IMG/VR virus record: IMGVR_UViG_3300010366_000023
Coordinates: 1-39,384 of that record
Reading direction: 5' to 3' (one strand)
DNA: 39,384 nt
From: a virus
Taxonomy: Duplodnaviria > Caudoviricetes
How positions within the stretch are numbered: position 1 is the stretch's first letter; each line of letters begins with the position of its first letter. The position numbers and the translations under genes are program-made. The notes under the pieces are model-generated. The model saw only the letters and a list, made by a program, of their open reading frames with translations. It ran no database searches and was not told where the DNA came from. Shown here in pieces: positions 27,091 to 34,198 of this stretch.

Positions 27091-27744
27091 GTGCCGACCG
27101 TGGCCCGATGGCCCGGATGGGTGGTTTCTAATTGCACCAATTGCACCACCGCCACCACCGCCACCTCCTATAACGTCACCACCGCTTGGCAGATTTGGAC
27201 CAACCAAACGACGGCCTACAACAATGCGGCGGCCATCTACGTTTGGCCGGAATGGGCGCAAACGTACGCGGCCATGCGTGAGGAGCAAATCCAAGCGCTT
27301 TCCAATGCGCAAGGCGCCCTTGCGGGGATTGGGAAAAACGTCAACGTCCAACCCAAGATTTCCGAGGAGAGGCGGCGGGGGATTCTTGAGGAGCGGGAAC
27401 GCTGGCGAAAGATCCAAGAGGAGGCTACGGCCAAGGCGGCGGCGGCGCTCAAGCGGGCGGAGGCGCTCCTTTTGGCGTGCCTTACGGACGAGCAGAAACA
27501 CGAACTAGTGACGGACAAGCGGTTCCATGTGGTGACTCCGAGCGGTAAACGCTACCGCATCAAGCGGCACACCCACGGAAACGTCCTCCTTCTTGACGAC
27601 CACGGGGAACCGGTCCGCCGTTACTGTGCCCAACCGGGAGGCGTCCCCGATGATGACGCGATACTCGCGCAAGTCTTAGCGCTTCGAACCGATGAGGCCG
27701 CGTTTTTACGCGTGGCCAACGAAACCATTTTAAGGGCAGGGTGA
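27091..27744 (+). CDS. Hypothetical partner protein with Cys motif
   Basis: Starts 1 nt after the GG-protein stop. Thr/Asn/Trp-rich N-terminus, coiled coil, C-terminal domain RYCAQPGGVPDDDAILAQVLALRTDEAAF. Confidence 0.75.
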   Translation: MPTVARWPGWVVSNCTNCTTATTATSYNVTTAWQIWTNQTTAYNNAAAIYVWPEWAQTYAAMREEQIQALSNAQGALAGIGKNVNVQPKISEERRRGILEERERWRKIQEEATAKAAAALKRAEALLLACLTDEQKHELVTDKRFHVVTPSGKRYRIKRHTHGNVLLLDDHGEPVRRYCAQPGGVPDDDAILAQVLALRTDEAAFLRVANETILRAG

Positions 27745-27748
27745 AGCC

Positions 27749-28120
27749 ATGATTGACAGCAACGGAAATTCCGCGGTTACCGTGGACCGTCTCGAGTTAC
27801 TGCAAGTAGTGGCCAAAAACCTGGAGGGCCACCGGACGGCCTTTCTGGAGGCCCAAGCCGGGTTTAGGGAGGCTTTTATCAAGGAGCTGGACTCCATGCT
27901 TGCCGACGCGCGGGCGGGCCGCCAATACCGCCGGTCGATCACCCTCCCGGAGCCGCTGGACCATTCCAAGGATTACCGCCGCGTGATCCGCATGCTGGAA
28001 ATGTCCAGGTCTGAGCAAGTCACCATTACAGAGCACGATTTTGGCCAATACGTTATGGACGAATGGGGGTGGAAAGAGGAATTCTCCACCGTTGCGTCTA
28101 ACTACTCCAAAAGAGGATAG
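27749..28120 (+). CDS. Conserved phage hypothetical protein
   Basis: V.R.ELL.....N...H...F.EA...P.DH..DY.R.I.MLEMS...YVMDEW.W. Confidence 0.75.
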   Translation: MIDSNGNSAVTVDRLELLQVVAKNLEGHRTAFLEAQAGFREAFIKELDSMLADARAGRQYRRSITLPEPLDHSKDYRRVIRMLEMSRSEQVTITEHDFGQYVMDEWGWKEEFSTVASNYSKRG

Positions 28121-28123
28121 CCA

Positions 28124-28480
28124 TTGCGGGTGCTCGTCTGCGGTGGTCGGCACTATGAAAACAGGGTCCGGGTGTACTCGGTCCTCGACTATATCCATAA
28201 GCCAACACCGATCACGCTCCTTATCCACGGGGCAGGCTTTGGAACCGATATATTAGCTGGACAATGGGCGGCGGCGCGAGGGGTCAAGGTTTATGCGATC
28301 CCCGCTCTTTGGGACGTCTATGGAAAGAAGGCCGGGCCCATTCGAAACCAAATGATGATAGACGGTGGCAAGCCCGAAATGGTGGTGGCGTTCCCGGGCG
28401 GGCGAGGAACGGCCGATATGATCGCACGGGCGAACCGGGTCCCCGGGATCAAGGTTACTATCTTGGGGCCGGACGCATGA
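28124..28480 (+). CDS. SLOG-superfamily protein (DUF2493 / YspA-like)
   Basis: MRVLVCGGR, IHGA..G.D, W..YGKKAGPIRN..M, VVAFPGGRGT.DM. Confidence 0.88.
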   Translation: MRVLVCGGRHYENRVRVYSVLDYIHKPTPITLLIHGAGFGTDILAGQWAAARGVKVYAIPALWDVYGKKAGPIRNQMMIDGGKPEMVVAFPGGRGTADMIARANRVPGIKVTILGPDA

Positions 28481-28704
28481 ACGCTACTCATTGGGCCTCG
28501 ATTCCGGACCTGGCCAAGCTAGGCCGGATCACCATCGCCTGCGATGAAACATGGGGAGCGGACACCGGGGATCAATTCCGCATTGCCCGGGATAACCTGG
28601 AGGTGTTCATTGCACCGGATGGGACGCGGTACACGTGGGACGATAGCGCGGTAACCTGCGAGGCGTGCTTGGCCAAGCTCGCGAATGTGGAGCCGTTTCT
28701 ATGA
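28477..28704 (+). CDS. Small hypothetical protein with CxxC
   Basis: ATGA-coupled; THW...IAC...VTCEAC. Confidence 0.6.
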   Translation: MNATHWASIPDLAKLGRITIACDETWGADTGDQFRIARDNLEVFIAPDGTRYTWDDSAVTCEACLAKLANVEPFL

Positions 28705-29048
28705 AAAAGCCGAATCGGGCCGCCGTGACGGCTAGGATAGTCGCCGCGCAATTCTCGCCTACGCCGCTTTCGGCGGCGGCATACCGGAAGGCGATACGCG
28801 CTACCTGGAAAGCCGCCGCCGATTACGCGCAGAAGCAACGAAAACCGCCCCTTCCTAAGGGGGAATTGGCGATCGTGCTTATCGCAACCGGCCTTAGCAT
28901 GTTGGCGGAATGTGTCGGCAAGGAGCCTGCTGCCGCATGCGTAGCCCTAATGGCCATAGAAATGAACGGGCCGCGCGACCTTCAACGCCAAATTAGAGCG
29001 CAAATGAAGCGGGGGAATAGCCTTCTAAGGAGCGGCGCGAAGAAATGA
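28701..29048 (+). CDS. Hypothetical protein
   Basis: ATGA-coupled on both sides. Confidence 0.6.
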   Translation: MKKPNRAAVTARIVAAQFSPTPLSAAAYRKAIRATWKAAADYAQKQRKPPLPKGELAIVLIATGLSMLAECVGKEPAAACVALMAIEMNGPRDLQRQIRAQMKRGNSLLRSGAKK

Positions 29049-29488
29049 GCACGGCGCAAAATCCCTTAGAGCTAGACGGCCGCATCATCATTGTCGGCGG
29101 CCCCCGATGTGGGAAGTCGACGATCGCCCGCTCCTACCTCGCCCGCGGCGTTCCCGTCTATTGCGGCGATCCGGCTCACTTGGTCAAGGACCGGGAGGAC
29201 GGCATTACCTACCTTCCGCCTGGCCTTACTTGGTCCGATGGCTCCGCCTACGTGGCGCAGGAATGGTTCCCGATGCCGGGCCCGTGGGTGTGCGAAGGGC
29301 AGATCATGGCGAGGGCGCTCCGCAAATGGCTACGGGGGAGCCCTCCGGCCGATCATATCGTCGTGCTGGGACACCACCACCCGAAAGCCAGGCCGACACC
29401 GGGACAACGGGCGATGCACACGGCCGTCATGAGCATTTGGCGTGAGATTGCCCACAGGTATCGGGCGATTGTGGTGATACCCGCATGA
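29045..29488 (+). CDS. Small P-loop kinase-like NTPase
   Basis: IIIVGGPRCGKSTIA Walker A; WVCEG motif of NMP-kinase-type folds. Confidence 0.75.
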   Translation: MSTAQNPLELDGRIIIVGGPRCGKSTIARSYLARGVPVYCGDPAHLVKDREDGITYLPPGLTWSDGSAYVAQEWFPMPGPWVCEGQIMARALRKWLRGSPPADHIVVLGHHHPKARPTPGQRAMHTAVMSIWREIAHRYRAIVVIPA

Positions 29489-29572
29489 GGGGGAAAACCT
29501 ATGCGGCACCGATATGCGGGGGATGTCCGGTCCCCGACACTAGCCGGGAAGTGGCCGCAGGGGCCCGGCCTA

Positions 29573-29628
29573 GCCAGGGTGGCGGAAATGGCATACGCGG
29601 CGGACTCAAAATCCGCTCACCCTTTGGC
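29573..29628 (+). pseudogene. Truncated tRNA-Leu(CAA)-like element lacking variable and T arms
   Basis: GCCAGGG-TG-GCG-GAAATGGCATA-CGC-G-GCGGA-CTCAAAA-TCCGC, then directly CACCCTTTGGC. Confidence 0.7.
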
Positions 29629-29751
29629 TGGTGGGCCTTGTAACCCGCCGGCCCGTCGAAGCGGGCGGCAGTAGGGAGGAATTCGCCGCAGTAGCGAGAA
29701 GGGCTTACGATGTGGAGCGGTTCCGGATGATGCGGGAGGCCCGTCCTCGCC

Positions 29752-30003
29752 CTAAGCGCCCGCACGCCTTGATTCGTCTCGGGCCCGGTAGTATTCCCGG
29801 TGGTGCGCGCATAAGGACAGGCCAGGAACGGCGCCGCGACCGCAAGTGACACAGAGGCCCGCCGCCCGACGATCGGCACGTTGGCGGGCCTCCAGGGCGC
29901 GGCGTTCGGCCAAATGCGGGGCGCAGCGGCGATGCCCATGGGCGGGCGGGGAGGCGCAATCTGTGCACGCTTTCCCCGCTGCGCGCTTGATGTGGGCGCC
30001 CAT
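29752..30003 (-). CDS. Tandem zinc-finger protein
   Basis: CTDC..CAPH and CVTC..CAHH. Confidence 0.7.
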   Translation of the reverse strand: MGAHIKRAAGKACTDCASPPAHGHRRCAPHLAERRALEARQRADRRAAGLCVTCGRGAVPGLSLCAHHREYYRARDESRRAGA

Positions 30004-30335
30004 TACTTCTCTTCCTCCAGGACGTCATCCGCGAAAGTTTGGACGAGTCCAGTTAGTTGGGCCTCGATATCGGCGACCGAGGCTAGGCCTTTTTTGCCCA
30101 CATATTTGGCAAAGGCGCGGCGGGTTTTCCGGTCAAGGCGGAGGGTCACCACTGCCCGATCGCGGGTGGCGGTGCGTAGGACTTCCTTGGCATAACGGAG
30201 GCCGCGCGATGTGCCGTCGCTCCATGCGTCATCCACCTCCTCACCCGCCGTCGCGCGACTTAAGCTGCTTCGATGCTGCTTTTGAATGGCAGTGAATCGC
30301 TCTAGGAGAAGCCCGACGAATCCAGTACGCTTCAC
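30003..30335 (-). CDS. Hypothetical protein
   Basis: 110 aa; GAGG RBS; stop overlaps the next start. Confidence 0.55.
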   Translation of the reverse strand: MKRTGFVGLLLERFTAIQKQHRSSLSRATAGEEVDDAWSDGTSRGLRYAKEVLRTATRDRAVVTLRLDRKTRRAFAKYVGKKGLASVADIEAQLTGLVQTFADDVLEEEK

Positions 30336-30341
30336 GTTGCC

Positions 30342-30485
30342 TCAAACCGGGCTGATACATACTAACCGAATGCCGCGCTTCCGAAGAGCCTTCGCGAATG
30401 TGCGGGCGGACTGCTCATCGCCGAATGTCGTGAAACCACAGGATTTGCCTCGGTACCACCACTGAACGCGAAACGGTGTCGTCAT
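30342..30485 (-). CDS. 47-aa protein (not in ORF track)
   Basis: MTTPFRVQWWYRGKSCGFTTFGDEQSARTFAKALRKRGIRLVCISPV*; GGAGG RBS and its own promoter. Confidence 0.65.
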   Translation of the reverse strand: MTTPFRVQWWYRGKSCGFTTFGDEQSARTFAKALRKRGIRLVCISPV

Positions 30486-30507
30486 CTTCAATCAACCTCC
30501 ACTCCAG

Positions 30508-30537
30508 AGTCTAGCAACTTCAGCGGAGCCGCGCAAG
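30508..30537 (-). promoter_or_regulatory. Sigma70-type promoter with repeated operator-like spacer (copy A)
   Basis: TTGCGC-ggctccgctgaagttgc (17 nt)-TAGACT. Confidence 0.7.
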
Positions 30538-30582
30538 AACTATTTGGGGCAAAGGGGGAGGGTCAACCCTCCCCACCCGGGC

Positions 30583-30774
30583 CTACTTCGCCTTTTTGAA
30601 GTTTTCGCAGGAACAGATCTCGATATCGGCGAAGTCCGCCGCGATGCACTGGCGCTCCGACCCGGCCTTACCGCTCCCCGCGGCGTGATGGCCGAGACGG
30701 TGGCCGCACGTGCAGATCTTGTCCATGTCCTGCGTATCGAACTGCCCGTTTCGCTTGCGTCCTTGAATCACCAT
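30583..30774 (-). CDS. Small zinc-binding protein, probably leaderless
   Basis: CTCGH.LGHH...C...CSC; ATG 30774 lies 6 nt after the -10 box. Confidence 0.7.
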   Translation of the reverse strand: MVIQGRKRNGQFDTQDMDKICTCGHRLGHHAAGSGKAGSERQCIAADFADIEICSCENFKKAK

Positions 30775-30780
30775 ACCCAT

Positions 30781-30810
30781 ACCTTACCAACTTCAACGGA
30801 GCCGCGCAAG
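30781..30810 (-). promoter_or_regulatory. Sigma70-type promoter with repeated operator-like spacer (copy B)
   Basis: TTGCGC-ggctccgttgaagttgg (17 nt)-TAAGGT; 22/23 identical to copy A over 30788-30810. Confidence 0.7.
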
Positions 30811-30820
30811 GGGTTTTGCC

Positions 30821-30850
30821 AAAGAAAAAGGGCCCCGGCTAGAGGGCCCT
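30821..30850 (-). terminator. Rho-independent terminator
   Basis: Minus strand AGGGCCCT-CTAGCC-GGGGCCCT-TTTTCTTT. Confidence 0.75.
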
Positions 30851-30875
30851 TGTGGGGTGGGTTAGGGGTAGTGGG

Positions 30876-31178
30876 TTACTTACCCGCGCGCTTGCGGCGT
30901 TCGAGATACTGGGCGGCGGCCCGCTCCCGCGCTGCTTCGGTGGCAAAATAGCGGGTGTGCTGGCAGGCGCCGAATTTCTTACCGTTACGGGTGGATTGGA
31001 CGCATAGACCGTAATAAGTCCCCGGCTCCCGCTCGTAATCCTGCGTCCAGCCATCGGCCGGGAGGGCCAATAGGGTAAAGACCGCGGTAGAACGCACGAG
31101 GCGGGCTCCGCGGGTTTCCGTGATATCGATATGCTCATTTGAGGTGGTGATGTTAGATGCGATCTTGGTTCGGGTCAT
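30876..31178 (-). CDS. Hypothetical protein
   Basis: 100-aa ORF between repeat copy C and a terminator; ends RYFATEAARERAAAQY. Confidence 0.7.
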   Translation of the reverse strand: MTRTKIASNITTSNEHIDITETRGARLVRSTAVFTLLALPADGWTQDYEREPGTYYGLCVQSTRNGKKFGACQHTRYFATEAARERAAAQYLERRKRAGK

Positions 31179-31192
31179 GCCCAACTAGAACG

Positions 31193-31207
31193 GCGGCTCC
31201 GTTGAAG
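31193..31207 (+). promoter_or_regulatory. Repeat copy C (inverted relative to A and B)
   Basis: GCGGCTCCGTTGAAG is the exact reverse complement of 30791-30805; 14 nt upstream of ATG 31178. Confidence 0.65.
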
Positions 31208-31223
31208 CCTTAAGCCCTTTCTT

Positions 31224-32660
31224 TTAGGTCCCTATATCCCACCCTTCATCGTCCTCGGTCTGCCAGAAAGGGCGGCGGATTTCGCGCTCCTCCCGCTCCT
31301 CCGCCTCCTCCTCCCGCCGGACCATGTCCGCCCTCGTCCCCTTGGCCGGGATTTCGGGTAGCGGGTCCTCGGCAAAGGACCAGCATTCCCGCCAGGCATA
31401 AAGAAACGCGTCGCTTGCGTGATCGGCGAACCGGCGATCGTATTCCTTTCGCTCCTCGTCCCATTGCAAGATCTCCACCTCGGCTATTAGGTCATCCGTA
31501 CGGCCCTGGACGAACAGGATCCGCCCCCGGTCAAGCTCGCCGTTGCAATGCTCCACGTAGGCCAGTTTGCTCGTTTTGGTGGCGGCCTTGACCGGGAGGC
31601 CTTCACGCTTGCGCCATTCGTCGCCATAGCCCTTGCCTAGGCCGCCCTCGTCCAAAACGATAAGGTCAATGGGGTATCGCTCTTTAAGCCGCTTTAGCTC
31701 TTCGGAGATGGACCAAGGCGAGAGTGCGGCGTATTTCTTGGCGTAAAGGACGCGGGTGGTCTTATCGTTATCCGTCCAGCCGACGACGACGATCGCGGTG
31801 GTGCGCTCATCCTCGGAGGTGCCTAGGTCAACGCCCGCGATACAACGGGACGGGCGGGGAACGCGATCTAGCGCTATCTGATGGGCGCCCCGATCGAAGC
31901 GGAAGACGAGGGAGGAGGAGTCCCGGACCCATTGGCCGAGGTATTCCCGGCGATAGGTGGGGTTGTCCTCGGTCCACTTACGCTCCGCTCGCTTACGCGT
32001 CAGCCAATCGGCAGCATGGGGGATGTGCGGGTTTTCGAGAACGGTCCAATGGTGGGTACTGATGGCCGCCACCGCGGGGTTTTTCCCAGTGGTGAGATCA
32101 TGGAAATGCCCGGCGCATGCGGCGTTGGGGGTGCCAAAGAGCCACGTGTCCCCATTCAAATCGAGGAGGCTAGCGTCAAGAACGTCCTCAATCATGTAGC
32201 GAAGGAGGGTGGTGGGGAAGGCTTGCGCTTCGTCCACCACGACGCGGCGATATTTGCCGCCGCGAAGGGCCTCGACTTTCCTCGTTTGGTCCCCGCCGAC
32301 CAAGATGATTTGGCTCCCGTTCGGAGCGTGCGCCGTCAGTTCATGATCCTTCATCCGTAGGCCGAGGCCATAGCGCGTATTGAAGGCGTGAAGGATTGGC
32401 CACAGGATGTAGCGCGCGGACTTGGCTGATAGCGCGATGTAGGGGTTAATCGAGCCGGGGGCTTGAATGCAAGCGTCATAGAGGCCAGCGGAGCCGACCC
32501 ACGTTTTCCCCGCTCGACGGGAGGTTACAGCGGCCTTGGTCTGCGCGGTATCGTCAAAAAGCTTGCGCTGCGATGCGAATAGCTCGTCACGATACCGGCG
32601 CGCCGCCCGTTCCACCCTTAGTGCCTGGATTAGTTCGTCCCGATTCACTGCCCACCCCAA
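31224..32660 (-). CDS. terL: Terminase large subunit
   Basis: Walker A SRRAGKT, Walker B VVVDEAQ, motif III GTP, REYLG.W, RNase H-like GVDLG...DHASDAFLYA. Confidence 0.93.
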   Translation of the reverse strand: MGWAVNRDELIQALRVERAARRYRDELFASQRKLFDDTAQTKAAVTSRRAGKTWVGSAGLYDACIQAPGSINPYIALSAKSARYILWPILHAFNTRYGLGLRMKDHELTAHAPNGSQIILVGGDQTRKVEALRGGKYRRVVVDEAQAFPTTLLRYMIEDVLDASLLDLNGDTWLFGTPNAACAGHFHDLTTGKNPAVAAISTHHWTVLENPHIPHAADWLTRKRAERKWTEDNPTYRREYLGQWVRDSSSLVFRFDRGAHQIALDRVPRPSRCIAGVDLGTSEDERTTAIVVVGWTDNDKTTRVLYAKKYAALSPWSISEELKRLKERYPIDLIVLDEGGLGKGYGDEWRKREGLPVKAATKTSKLAYVEHCNGELDRGRILFVQGRTDDLIAEVEILQWDEERKEYDRRFADHASDAFLYAWRECWSFAEDPLPEIPAKGTRADMVRREEEAEEREEREIRRPFWQTEDDEGWDIGT

Positions 32661-32961
32661 AGAGCTGGATTTCTAGCAGATCAATGCGTTCTTTGGCTTT
32701 CTTCAATTCGACAAGCGGGGAGGCTTTTAGCATGCGGCGGATATCGTCAAGAAGACGGATCTTCCATCCGTCAAGAGCCACGGCCCGGGCGGAGACATAG
32801 ATCCCCCCTGTCCATTGACAGGTGAGCTTTATTTCGAAGGAGTCACAATCATCAAGGACGCGCGCTTGCACCCGCACGATCCCCGCTTCGTCTAGCTCCT
32901 TACCCAATGCGCAACGTATCAGCGCCGGAAGGTCGGCCGGATCTGCCATCGTTTCCCCCAT
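32587..32961 (-). CDS. Hypothetical protein
   Basis: 124-aa ORF in a tightly packed leftward run. Confidence 0.5.
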   Translation of the reverse strand: MGETMADPADLPALIRCALGKELDEAGIVRVQARVLDDCDSFEIKLTCQWTGGIYVSARAVALDGWKIRLLDDIRRMLKASPLVELKKAKERIDLLEIQLFGVGSESGRTNPGTKGGTGGAPVS

Positions 32962-33280
32962 TAAACAGACGTGCTATCAGCATTGCGAACCAATCCGCCA
33001 CTGCCCGATAGAAGCTAGGCCCGGCCTCCTCTCTGAGCCCGGCCTCCTCTCTGACGGCTAGAGCGTTTCTCCGGGCAATGATCCAGCCGAGGGCGGACAC
33101 CGCCATAATGGCCGCGATTGGCACCGCGATTTCGGGCGGCGGCGGGGCCGGTTCATGGATGCGCGCAACCCATGAGGGCGAACCGGAACCGGGGTCAAAG
33201 GTGAATCGCATTACCCGATGCGGCGTAAAGTACGTCTTAAACGCGGCGTCCATTCCTGCAAAGCCATTGATGGTGTTCAT
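32900..33280 (-). CDS. Membrane protein with capsid-like N-terminus
   Basis: FAGMDAAFKTYFTP N-terminus, poly-Pro linker, TM IAVPIAAIMAVSALGWIIA; ATGA-coupled. Confidence 0.65.
   Translation of the reverse strand: MNTINGFAGMDAAFKTYFTPHRVMRFTFDPGSGSPSWVARIHEPAPPPPEIAVPIAAIMAVSALGWIIARRNALAVREEAGLREEAGPSFYRAVADWFAMLIARLFNGGNDGRSGRPSGADTLRIG
33019..33054. repeat. Perfect 18-bp tandem duplication (in frame)
   Basis: GCCCGGCCTCCTCTCTGA x2, encoding REEAGL/REEAGP. Confidence 0.9.
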
Positions 33281-33558
33281 TGCCCCTCCGCGGCTCTTTC
33301 CCGGACCCGTACAAAGAGCTTGATGGCAATCGCCCGTTGCAAGTTGTGGAGGCGCTCTATCAAATCGCGGGCGTCCGTTAGCTCTACCCTCCCATCATCG
33401 AAATAGATGCGGACGGCAATATGGACGATTTCCCGATCGGTCCCGTGCTCCCAACGGCTGATCCAAGGGACAAGCGGCTTGCCCGGCGCCTCCGAAAGAG
33501 GAGGGAAATCCTCTTCATCGGCTTCCGACCGTTTCAGGCGATAGGCGAGGGTTTTCAT
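33277..33558 (-). CDS. Hypothetical protein
   Basis: ATGA-coupled; MKTLAYRL start. Confidence 0.6.
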   Translation of the reverse strand: MKTLAYRLKRSEADEEDFPPLSEAPGKPLVPWISRWEHGTDREIVHIAVRIYFDDGRVELTDARDLIERLHNLQRAIAIKLFVRVRERAAEGQ

Positions 33559-33950
33559 GCGGGCGGCTCTTCCTCCGGCGGGGGCGTTTCCAAGGCCGCC
33601 AGCTCCGCCTTGGCCGATCGCAACTCCTCCATCCACCTTGCCGCTTGGAGCATGGCTTCATCGCGCTGGGCGATGGTCCTTTTGAGATCTCCCTCCAAGG
33701 CTTCTATCTCCCCGCCTCGCGCGATCACCTCGGCGATTTCGATGCTAAGTTGCTTGGCGTTAAGGTCACGGTCTTTTTCGACCGTGTGCAGGGTTTCGAA
33801 TAGCGTCCCCATGTTTTGGCGGACATCGGTAAGCATCACCAGCAAATCCCAGATGGCCTGCAAGTCGGTAAGGGCGGCGGGGATGTCGGCCCGGGAATGG
33901 TAGCCCTCTAAGAAACCGCGGATTTCCTTCTCTCGCTCGGACATGCTCAT
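33555..33950 (-). CDS. Coiled-coil hypothetical protein
   Basis: GGAGG RBS; heptad-rich. Confidence 0.7.
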   Translation of the reverse strand: MSMSEREKEIRGFLEGYHSRADIPAALTDLQAIWDLLVMLTDVRQNMGTLFETLHTVEKDRDLNAKQLSIEIAEVIARGGEIEALEGDLKRTIAQRDEAMLQAARWMEELRSAKAELAALETPPPEEEPPA

Positions 33951-34198
33951 GGGTCCTCCAGGTATTCGAGGGCCGAGTCTAGCTTTTTCCCGGCCTGCCG
34001 CAGGAATTCCTCCGTGTACTCCCGTCCGGCTAAGTCATCAAAAAAGACGGTGCATGTCTTGCCGCCCCGCTGGAAGGTAACGGTAATGGCGTCAATGGCT
34101 ACCGAGTCAAACCACTGCGGGCGCCAATGGCGGACCCAACAGAGAAAGAAGTTGATATCCCGCTCCGGGGTGGGGGTGAAAAGACCGAACCACTTCAT
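33947..34198 (-). CDS. Hypothetical protein
   Basis: ATGA-coupled on both sides; GGAGG RBS. Confidence 0.6.
   Translation of the reverse strand: MKWFGLFTPTPERDINFFLCWVRHWRPQWFDSVAIDAITVTFQRGGKTCTVFFDDLAGREYTEEFLRQAGKKLDSALEYLEDP

Noticed and set aside
29573-29615. Split tRNA formed from the Leu(CAA) 5' half and the attP Leu 3' half
   Set aside because: The acceptor strands (GCCAGGG and CTTTCGC) are not complementary, and both pieces carry their own anticodon.
30515-31207. CRISPR array interpretation of the three repeats
   Set aside because: Copies are about 270-400 bp apart, separated by genes, one is inverted, and no cas genes are present.
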